Source: Octopus vulgaris (Eukaryota). Taken from it: a DNA stretch of 64,000 bases. Numbering within the stretch: the first letter of the stretch is position 1; each line of letters starts with the position of its first letter. Positions 52,359-64,000 of this stretch are shown piece by piece. The translations under genes and the position numbers were made by a program. Where the stretch lies: assembly GCA_951406725.2 (NCBI GenBank), contig OX597816.1, positions 34,038,001 through 34,102,000 of the forward strand, in the 5' to 3' direction. A model generated the notes under the pieces. It saw only the letters and a program-made list of their open reading frames with translations. It did not search any database and was not told the origin of the DNA.

Positions 52359-54014
52359 ATATCAGATAGACAGATATGTACCTGTGTGTGTGTGTTTGTG
52401 TGTGTGTGTGAGTGTGTGTGTGTGTGGCTGTCTCTGTTTTTGATTCAAATCTACATCAAATGACATTGGCATTGGAAGACGAGGTGATATTAAATAATAA
52501 TGAAATACCTATATTTCAAACGATTGGTTTGCTACGGCTATATAATCATTTTTGATCATACATTTCCGACTTTAGAACTGCCTCAGGATAATACAACAAC
52601 ATTATTCCCACTTTTTTTCGTAACTTGAATTTTATACTGAATAATTTGTTTTAGCTATTATATATAAGAAGAGGATGTAGCAAAGTGTTCATGTTTTTCA
52701 TGCATATATACAAGTTATATTAAATTGCTGAGTAATATCTAACGCGTTTTGGATATGTGGAATGCATATTGTGTCTTGAACAATTACTAATATCTTCAGA
52801 CTAGGTTTCTGGTTTGCGGATCTTTTCTCGGTCCTGTTATCATTGTTTAATTTCTTTTCATATTTTAATCAATGCTCACTGTAATAAAACTGAACTCCAC
52901 TACAATAAGCGTAATATCCTGAACTATTTTCTAGAAGTTTTGATTGCGGTATGAAACAAATGTTTATTCACATACCGAAAAATATACATAGATCGCTTGA
53001 AAATATTATTGAAATTACCCTCACCACTTAAATATAAACTCGACAGCGCCACTTCCATACATCCGTTTTACATCATTCGAACGGCTCACAGATAGAGAGG
53101 ACTTTCCAGTTGTCTCTTTTTTCCATATAAAAAAAATCTGCTAATATCAATAAGAGGAATTTAAAGAACAAAAAAACGTTTCCTTAGTTCATACTGCTGA
53201 AAATGAGTAACGGCAGCAGCGTTGCCGTAATTTTGCAATTGACTGATATCACGTTCAGAGGGAAGTTTTGTAGTTTCACGCGCCTAAAAACCTCCAAAAC
53301 TTGACGAAGTGAATGAAATTGTAGGCTCCACAAAAATAAATGAATAGAAAGAAATCTGGAAAGAACGTTGTATTTTGAATTACACATTTCTTTTATCATT
53401 AGCAATTTTTTTTTAATGCTTAAAACCTGTTTTAATGGGTTTTACAGATATTTTGCAAGATACTGAGAACAATATAAATTAGAAAATTGCAGTATTTCCA
53501 TGCACTCACCATTATAAATATGCAGATATATTACGGGTATTCATGCGCTCAACAGTGACACAGGAAAAGCACGCTCATACAGACACACACATACACACGC
53601 CTATACAAACATACACAAACTCACATGCATGCACAAATATATAGACAACATTTTAAAGTACTTGAGAAAAATTCATTTTTCATCATATACAGAACTCAAA
53701 CGGGCCGGACCAATAAAATCATGGCATAAGAATCTATACATAGTAATTTCAAAATATTCCCTTTGTTTTAGTGTAAAAAAATACGTTTTGAAAATGTTTA
53801 TGTTTAAAGAACACTTTTTTCTTGCTTTTTTGGCAAAACTTTGAACAAGTGAAAGTGAGAACTTTTAAAGAAGACTGAGTTCTCAAATTGCCTTGTAAAG
53901 GGATACACTCTATACATTAAAAAGAAAAAATTAAAAAACATTTAAAAACACCTTTATTAGTTTTGTATCATTTATTTTCAGTATTTTCCTGACTAATATC
54001 TCGGCTTTGGATTG

Positions 54015-54200
54015 AAGTAGACTATTGTTTCTTCAGATCTGCTAAGAATTTATTTAGCTTCTCTCTTTTCATTTGTCTTTGCAAGCAACTATTTGTTGGC
54101 ATCATGAGTCTCATAGTAGCACCGAATTTTATATTCTTCGAGAAACCTGCTGCGACCATACCAAGCACACAGGTTTCCCATTCACCTCCACGAATAAGTA
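54015..54200 (-). pseudogene. hAT (SPIN/GTF2IRD2-like) transposase N-terminal remnant
   Basis: Across frameshifts: VNGKPVCLVWSQQVS...YETHDANK...LQRQMKREKLNKFLADLKKQ; hAT-like end CAGGGTTGTCAACCATACGGCC on the minus strand at ~54817. Confidence 0.7.
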
Positions 54201-54476
54201 GGAAAAGGAACACGTTTCTTGAAATAATCTACAATGTAGCGATTTGTCTCCTTTTTTAAAAAGACAATTGGGTAAGGTAAAACAGAGCGAAATGCTGTTC
54301 TAGAAAAGGAAACACGTTAGTCTTTGAATTAAATAGAAATATATATATATACATACATTCCAAATTAACATTGAAACATTAAATAATTTAAGGTATTTTT
54401 TTATTAGCAATTGACTCATTGACACTAGCATAAGTCATACTAAATCAAACAACATTCAAAATATTAAGTAAATATT

Positions 54477-54728
54477 CTTTTATAATCTAGGCACAAGGCC
54501 CGAAAGTTTTGGGAAGGGGGCCTGTAGGTTAGATCAATTCCAGTACGCAGCTGGTACCTAATTTACGGACCCCGAAAGGATGAAAGGCAAAGTCGATTTC
54601 CGCCGAGGTCGACTTTACCTTTCATCCTTTCGGGGTATATATATTAAGTATCATTTGCGTACCGGGGTCATTCTAATCGACTGGTCCCCTCCCCCAAAAT
54701 TTCGTGCCTTGTGCCTAGAATAGAAAAG
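54477..54728. mobile_element. Palindromic head-to-head pair of SINE B 3' halves
   Basis: Minus copy ~54477-54600 joined to plus copy ~54601-54728; AATATTAAGTAAATATT at 54460-54476 and 54729-54745. Confidence 0.85.
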
Positions 54729-57700
54729 AATATTAAGTAAATATTTAATATAATTTTTATACATTTCAAAGTCATGTCGCGAACCGGGGCACGCAGGCCG
54801 TATGGTTGACAACCCTGATATTTCGCTGGTGTATTCGGATGTTAGAATTGCCATTACTTTTGCTGTGAATTTTCTATAATGCAAAGTGCACTTCAATTCA
54901 AGATGGACACAGATGTCATCCTTTATTTGTTATGAAAAACACCTGCATTAAATGTAAAGGGATGTATTAGATTATTAAAAAAAACACATTTTCTAAGGGA
55001 GATCAATGCACATGAATTGAGAATGTGTGATGAATACCTTAATTTGCCTCTACCGTAAATAGCATACGTGATAATATGATTGATTTCATCAATGACTAAT
55101 CTGGTAATGATTAAATATCGAAAATGTTTTGGTAAAACTTTTGTAATTTATCAAGATTTAATGCTTAAACATCGGTTACTTTTTAAACTCATAACTATTA
55201 TATACATAGCATATATTATATAGCAAAACGTACCAGTGCAATGCATCTAACTAAACTTAACTGCTCTATATTAGATTCTTCACAACTCACTTATATATTA
55301 CTATTGCACATCTTCTTTTTTATGCTTTTTCTATATTTTCTATTTCATAAGTCCTTCGTATACCTGATGCTCAGGTAGTCATGTTACTTTGCAATTGTAC
55401 AATAATAGAGAAATCAGTTATTTCATCAGCGACACTCACGAATCTCAGTATGTTAAATGAACTATTTCATAGTACTGTAAGTATATACATATTACTTCTG
55501 TATTCAAACAAACAAGCACATTCACGCACACACAATATATATATATATATATATATTATGTTATATTATATTATATTATATTGTGTTGCACACTAATGTG
55601 CACACATATGTAACATACTCATATACATACTCTCACTCTCACACACACACACACACACAAATCTGTATAATAGAGACACATGTGTAAGACCTTACACGAA
55701 TATATCGTCATACAATATCTTGTATTGTAAGAGATAAGGCTCTGTGATTCATCACGTCATTTAGTCATTTACATCAACGGTCTGACTCAAAAGTTACCAT
55801 TGTATAAACGCTTTCTTTTTTTTCTGCTAACAACCAATCAAACTTGTTTTCAAATATGTCCACTCAGTATTTCTCATGGTGAGGCCTTGGCAGATGGAAG
55901 TGACGGTTCTAATTATGACTAACCAAGTGAATACAAAGAAAGGCTTTTTAGTAGGGAATTTACACTCCCAAAATGTATTTCATTACAAACGTTACAATAT
56001 ACACAGTGTTTATTTGCCACATATCTAACTGGGCTTGGGTGTAAATTGTATATTTTGAAACCAAGGGAAATGCAAGTGATGAAATATAGAGAAATGAATA
56101 AAATAAATGAAATCCAAAAGCAATTACATGAACACATGAATTATATATTATAAGTTAAGTTAAAACAAAACTTTTTATGCATACTAATGCATAAAATAAA
56201 CATATACGATTTAGAAGGTATTTGAATACAACACAAATTAATTGTGTGTGATTATGTAAGGTGGCAGAAATTAACAAATAGAATACCTTTTCCGTAATAG
56301 TTGTTTCTTAATTTGCTCTGAGTTCAACCACATCGATTTCAGCTTTGCTTTACATCCTTATATAATCGATAAATGAATTATAGCTTACAAACTAATGTCG
56401 AGCCGTCCATTTTTGTTCATCTGAATTCCTTTCAGAATCATCTAGGTCAGACACTGAGAAGAAAGGTGATAGATAACTATCACAATTCCATTTCTCTAGT
56501 AGTATGCATGGGTTGAGAAAGTTGAGAGCAAATAGTCATATAAAAGCTGATGTTGTACTGGAACCGCCCAAGGTAGGACAGATGTAAAATAAATGTTTCT
56601 GAACAAATCTCGAAACATCGAGCCTAGTGTGAATGTGAAAGTGATTAATTAACAATAAAAATATTCGGTTTAAATTTGAATTCACTAGTGAATACATGTC
56701 CTTTGAGTTCTATTGTTCATCATATCAGGATTGTAGCATTTACTCTCTATAATGGTCTATAATTAAGGCACAAGGCCAACAACTTTGAGAGTACGTCCTT
56801 AGACAGTCCGATTGGGTCTAGTATTTTTCTAGGATCTAATTTTTCGATCCTTGGATATGGGGTATCAAAAGCAAGGAAAAGTAAATGACCTGCTCTGAAA
56901 CATAACAACGAGTAATTTGATTTCTTTTATTAGCATGGAATTAGAGGTTTCTTGTTTATGGTTTTCAAGTGTTAATAAAATCATTTAATTGTAGAGTAAT
57001 TTGTGCCACCAAGAAATGAAATCGTTTGAAAATATCTAAATTGCAGGTCATTTGTTTAAGCATAGTAATTGGATAATTATCACCTATTATTATCATGTGA
57101 TTATTTGTTGCTAAATTTATGAACTATGATATCCCCATGGTAATTACATATGTACTGTTTATTATGTTTGATCTTCTAAAATGCTCTTATAAACTATTTT
57201 ACAAAAAGTAACGCACCCAGTAATATGTTTAAAATATATGAATTAGGATGATTAGGTCGAGTTCTCGTATGATATATCCATGCAAGTTTTTGTTTCAGGC
57301 AAAGTAATTAAAGTCTCTGCCTACGTCACGGCTACAAAAAATTTTTTCTACTATTGACTATTTTCTAATTAATATTGACAAAACACATCAACGATCAAAT
57401 ACAACATTCTGATGTATATCCTCTTTAATATCAGATCTCCTTTAGTTTAGCTGTATTATGTTGCAGCAGTATTTCCTAAATTCTGGAGCTGCAAATATAG
57501 AAAATTGTATTTTAGATTATTTTCTAATTATATAATTTATAAGTATTATTGATTTAATTTCTAATTTTCTTGAAATTGAAGGAAGTTAGGTTCCAGAGGC
57601 AATAGAGCGTGATATTAAATGCAGAAGGGCAGTTACATTCGTCACCTTACGTTTACAGTTCAAATCTTACTGAAGTCGATAGATATCAGGTATTTCTCTA

Positions 57701-59619
57701 AAAATCATGATTAATCTAATTTCATGCTATGTAACATTTTAATTAAGAAACTGATGACTGAATATCTCAAAATTAAATTATTGATTTTTTTCAAATGATT
57801 TTGTTATTTAGAATAGGCGAAAGAAAGTTGACATGGCATAAAAATATTCAAGTTCGAGTCAATGCATCATTGAATGTTAAATAACAGAGTACTCGTGATT
57901 CTCGCAGTCGATATTGAACGTTCATGAGTAGTATACACTACAATATGATAAGCTAAGCTGAAATATACATCAAAGAAACATGAATAATATTCCTATGGTT
58001 TACCAGAGGTGACGAGGCCTTTCATGTGGAATGCTTATAATTCAAAATGTTTGAGTAGCAAATTCCAGTCCTAGCAACAGAAGCTGATATTATGTCTCTG
58101 TGATATGCTTATACATGCAATAGCAAACCAATTACATGCATGTCAGTCGAGACAGGCTTCAGGCTTTTGGGTGACAGGCGGTGGATTATGGAAAGAATAT
58201 ATATTTGCGTTATCGCTAATTTTGAAAAGAAACATTTAAAAGAAATAGTTTAAAATGTCACTGTATTATTCTTAGCACAATGCATTCTCTAGTTGAGTCA
58301 AATATCTATCCTTTAAATTAAAGTTAGCAAACAAATGAAAGTATCTATCAGCACAGCATCGTTTATTTACACAGGATACACGATATGAGAAGTACATAAC
58401 TTGACTTTTCTCATATTTTTCCTATATTTTCTTTCGAATTCTTTATTTTTTGATTTTTAAGACAGACTGCAATAACATAGACTGCTAAAATACGGAAAGT
58501 TCACAAGAAGAAAATGAACAAACCATCCTGCACTGGAATCATCGATATATATGCTTTGTATATATTAGGAGAATCGACGTGTCAATTACACTAAATTCTC
58601 CAAGGCAAACACACTGTTGAATGTTGAAAAGCATTTACATGCTATCAACTAGAGTGGAATGATTCCCGGTCAGAGAAATTATTAAACCTTTTAGTACGAT
58701 TTAATATATTACATAATATAACTTATAATGGAATATAATTTAAATAAAGTACTCCTTATTGAAAGAAGCATTTGTTTAATGTGTTTAACAAGGACGCTAT
58801 TAGAAATCATACGAGTAAGTTAGTCATGAGTAGAAAAACATTCCGAAAAATACTTATAAAAATAAAGGTTATTCTATACTACTCAATTAAGCTATTGTTC
58901 ACTAGTGCGTACGATTTCTTATCACGTATCAGGCTTTGTTTAACTGTCGTAGATGACTATGTCGTCTTGGGTGACATAAATACGCCAGCGGTCCTCCTAC
59001 ATGTGATTTCGTGGAACATCCAAGATATTATAGATGAGGCAGAGCGAGACTCCACAAGTATTCGGCAACTACAAACTATAGATGGCTAGGCTGAAACAAC
59101 CTGAAATGAAGTACCTTACTGCGACACATAGCATGATGAAAGGAATCGGAACACCTGGTGAAAGAAATCGGAACTCAGCTTATGATCCTAAACACAAACC
59201 CCTTATTGACTAAGCAATGCAACTTCGTATAACTTGAACAAGAAAATCTACACCATGAACACTTAAACAGCCGTGACACTTATTACATTGGTCTTGACAT
59301 CTCAATTATCAATTATTTTGAGGATAGTTGTTATTCACGAAGTGTTCATTAAGTCAGATAATTTGCCTTAAAAAGTCAGCAACAACATACGTGGTTATGT
59401 CATTATGTTGTGAGGAAAGCATATGTTATGAAATAAACTGATAATTGTATTTTGTAAAGAATTTATATTAGTTATTGGCCCATATTTCTTTCCAATATAT
59501 TGTACATCAAGAAGAACCACGAATAACATTATATGTTCAATATGTTGCTACTATGATGAGAATAGTCAGAAATTTACAGAAACGAGAATTCATTTCAAAG
59601 TTAATGTAAATTAAAATAG

Positions 59620-59925
59620 TTTATACTATGTTCTTACTATTTTCTCAGCTACCTACTGAGATTGAGATGCGGTCAAGTACTTAGAGGGTTTGCTAAATAA
59701 GTAAGTGAAATATTTTTTTTTTTATTTAGATGACGGTAGCACGGAGCCTGAATGTATAATGTGAAATAACTTTACAAGCTCAATGAACTTAATAATTCAC
59801 AGATGTTTCACTGCATCTCATTGAACTTAACATGAAACTGCAAGCTTGTGGAGAACTTATTGAAATATTGCATAGCTTCATTAAGAGCGAACTCGACCTA
59901 TTCGAAAATATTTTAGAAAATACGT
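59620..59925 (+). pseudogene. hAT (Charlie/SPIN-like) transposase remnant
   Basis: FTDVSLHLIELNMKLQACGELIEILHSFIKSELDLFENIL resembles the hAT 'FLxDI..HLNxLNxKLQG' motif. Confidence 0.6.
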
Positions 59926-60861
59926 CTCAAGTAATTTCCAAAAGCCATAGAATAATTTGAATAAATCTAAGATTTACATTTAAAAAAGCATTTAGATGTT
60001 AAGATGGCCACCGACTGCGCAGTCTTCTACTAGAATTTGTGCCAGTCAGAGTAACGGAAAAATCAATATATTTCGCAAAATATCCTGATGGGGCGGATTT
60101 AAAGATTGTTAAACTATATGCGTTTGTAGATTTGGATTAAATATATATTGAAATAAAGTTAGTGGACCTCTAATCCAGTTTGATTTAGAAAGTAGATATT
60201 CCTTACATTTAAAGATGATTTAAGTGAAATTTAACGCATATTTGTTCACTTGATCAAGAAAAAACAAAACAGCACGGAAATTGAACTTCTATGAGTGTAT
60301 TAGGTTTGGTAGAAATGTCAATATGTTTGAATGTCTTGTAAACCGTGTCTCCATTTTCTCAGTACTGTGTTTATCAGGAATAAAAAACTCTCCATTGAAC
60401 TATAAGAAAAATAAGAACAAAACATATACTATGAGTAAAGGCATGTACGCCACCAGGTTCAAAATAAAAAGACAATAGACTTAGTATTCTCTCTATTTAT
60501 CCTACCCTGTGATAAAACGACGCCAGGAACAACATTCATGAAGGTTAACTGTTAAAATTACATCTTATACCTTAATGTTATCAGTATTTCATAAAATTGC
60601 AAATAATGAAATATTAAAATGCATTTTTATAAACATTATAAAATGTGGCTAATCTAAAATCACTCATCTTGAACTAAGATATTCTAATAACAAAAATATC
60701 TAAAATCTTGAAATATTAAAATTTTTATACAGTTCAATAAAAATGTTCTCCATTATTGGCTCAGCGCAAGCTTCCGCAAGACAAAGGGTTATCTACCTCA
60801 ATATTAGCGTTTTTTTTTACCTAATCTAGTGTCCAACGTTCGTATTCTGTCTATCTATCAA

Positions 60862-60932
<71 letters not shown>

Positions 60933-61118
60933 CCAGTAATGTATATATATATATATATACATATCTCCATCAATCCATTTCTTTATCTATGCCTGTCTAA
61001 CCATCTACCTATCTCCCCAACTTTCTTTCTATTTACGTATCTATCTTTTAAAGTTTTCTTGCTTTCTTTCTAAACCGTGCCCTCCCCCTCTCTCTCTCTC
61101 TCTCACTCCCGCTTATAT

Positions 61119-61209
<91 letters not shown>

Positions 61210-64000
61210 AGTCTGTAAGTGTGAAAGAGACAGAGAGAAAGACAGAGAGTGAGTGTACATGTTTCTGTGAGTATATATACACACACATATATGATTGTAT
61301 CTGCGTCCGCTACACGATATTCGGTAAATAAATACACTATTATTAAGTAATGTATAATATACTAATTGTTGAAAAGAAGCTCTAAATATACTAGAAATTT
61401 GAGTGACTGACACACCAAAATTTTAGAAGAATTATCAGCCGCTTAGATGCGCTCTAAGATGGATCCTTCATATTCCATTCTGTCACTTATTACTATATTT
61501 ATGAAGAAACAGAAATTTTACGTCGCATATAAGTTCTTAATATCAACAATCGCAGGTGTATAGAAACTACATCTTCCATTTACTAGGAAACATCAGTATG
61601 TCATTTATCATATTCCCTTCATTATTAATTCATACCACATCGATTTATCATCGAAAAACACCTTTTTTCACCTGCACTGGAATTTATATATTTAAATCTA
61701 TGATATTTTGTTTTTTTCATTTTTCGTGTTATTAAATGCCAGTATATTTTTGGTTTATTCCTACTTTTAAATATATTAAAATTGAATGCAAACTGAAAAA
61801 AGCAAAGCGATTTCTTTTCCGAAACTTCTTAAAATTGCTACGTTTAATCAGTCGTTTGAAATGTTTTACAATATTTATTCACATTCTACATGTTATCTAT
61901 TGGCATTTATTAACTGAAACGAAAAAAGTAAGATGTATAATTCAGAATAGTTCCTATTCTTTATGTTACATTGTATATTTCACCAAGCCAAATATTTATA
62001 CGAATAGTATATCACGCTATCTATTTGGTCACTACTATTTTTTACGAATTATAACCAGGAATATAGTAGCTAAACTCTGGTAGTGATCACGCTTTTACTG
62101 AGTTACAAAAGACGTAATTAAGGAGCATTGTATCATGATGTACGACTAGGTGTACTAAACTGGAGAAATGGCTTCACAGTGATGTATTTTCGTTTCACAT
62201 CTTCTAGTCATCGAAGTGGTTGTTTTCACTGTAACTTTTAAAGTTGAGAACTAGTATCAGGAATGTACATGAACATTCTAATATTTCTGTCTTTTATTTA
62301 CACCTATGCAACATATATTCACACAGACGTGCGGGCATGCACAACACATGTATCCCGCGAACACATCACACACATACACACACGCACACACACAAATTAG
62401 AACTGTCTTACGTAAATGAAAATAATCAATAAGATTGATACTTGTTTTATACGGAAGTTTCACTCCATCTATGAACATCTTTCATTAATAGAAACGCTCT
62501 TAGATTCTTCTGCAATAAAATTCGATATCCTAGTCTGCACGAACAGCAAACGAAATATTCTGTGCATGTCTAAGAAAGATCATAAGGATATACGATGAAA
62601 AGTATCTACAGTCACAGCTGGCATATCTTTGATCATATTATATTGCTCGATCAGGACTGGCCTATGGTTTAAACCACCTCCACCACAATCTCAACAATAA
62701 CGTCAATGTATATTACGTCATATAGTAAGAATAACGTGCAAGCCACATTTCCAGTCACAGCTTTAAAAGGAAATGGATAATTTTACAGAAGCTGTATATT
62801 TGGTAACTTTAAAGGAAGGAGCTATCTAAGAGACTGTGTTGCAACCAGTTACATCATATAATATAACCTATCTGTGACAATTGATGCCATTCGTATTTTG
62901 TGTTGATTCCTTTTGACAATTTATAGTATTTGTTATGCCCAATCTTCCTCTCTCCTTGACGAGTACTCTTCTATTTTTCATTGATTATATTTAAATAGAT
63001 AAGCAGATTGGCCATGAAAATAGTTGATACTATTGTGAAATAAATCAATGTTCATGTAAGTCACAGGAAATTTCCCAAATTTCCAAATAATTTTCATAAG
63101 AAGTTTTTATCTGATCCAAACCTGAATGTAAATGACTTTCTGTTACTAACCTCAAACTGTATCGCAGATATTCTATCAAACAAATGAAGTAATGTGTGTA
63201 TATATTTTCCAGCATATACTGAAGGTAGTTGTCTATTTAAAAAATAAAATAATAGGTGAATTAATCTCGCCTATTCATTGGTGTAATTTACGGTTCAACA
63301 TTTACGTTAAATGAACAAATGTAAAATTTACAACAATGAAAGAACCTATTTATTATTATTATTATATATAAGAAATAAATTTACGGTTGTTCGTACCTGT
63401 GTGCTTGTGTGTTTGTATAATTGTCTTAACGCACAAGCTTCATACTGTCCTTCATATATTGAACGGCCACACTGAATATACTATCTGAATTGTTTTCTAT
63501 TAACGAAAGAATTATCATCCCATCTGTTCTGATGCTAATACAACAATTGCATAGTGGGAAAACTATGCAATTTAAATGAATAATTAATTTATATATTCTG
63601 TACGTTCGCAGATGTTAATCAATAATTTATAAAGAACATCTTGTCAACAACATCGTGTTCTTAGTTTGATTCCACGTAAGAGTCTCCAAACTGCATTACG
63701 TCTGGGAATGACTGCATTTGTAATAATCTAGACTTTCATAATCTTTACAGTGGCGATAAACGCCAGTCAATGGCTATTTATCTGAAACGGTAAGCGGGGC
63801 CTGGAAATATTTGTTACATTTTTTTCTTGGAAAAATATGTGGAAATAAGATGTTTTTGAACTATACGTGGTCTGAACAATGAGTATCAGTATCGTTGCCA
63901 TTGTTACAGAGTAAAGCCGCTTGGCGACGATTGATCCTGAACTCTGCTGTGCTTGCACACTAAGTTTCGACGTTCTAGTTCACTTCTGATGTTAACAGTA

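Overview
AT-rich, microsatellite-dense animal genomic DNA. The tRNA-derived SINE families suggest a cephalopod, most likely Octopus (inference). I find no intact host protein-coding gene; nearly all ORFs in the track are (TA)n/(CA)n/(GTA)n or SINE artefacts. Recognisable content: at least four SINE families, decayed mariner, Tc1 and hAT transposase pieces, one TIR MITE, and two Penelope-like (PLE) GIY-YIG endonuclease remnants. The main hidden signal is a set of short cassettes embedded in (TA)n tracts that carry minimal type-I hammerhead ribozyme (HHR) motifs, often as outward-facing inverted pairs. The best example (5912-7187) is a ~1.2-kb palindrome in which each arm carries a putative 5' UTR plus the first ~68 codons of a CEP104 homologue fused directly to an intact HHR, i.e. 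a host-gene fragment captured into a ribozyme-terminated hairpin. A second family has an HHR with a compensatory G3-C8 core (GUGAACA). There are also recurrent ~85-bp inverted templated insertions and a palindromic twin-SINE insertion flanked by a direct repeat. All identifications were made by eye, without database searches; repeat boundaries are approximate.
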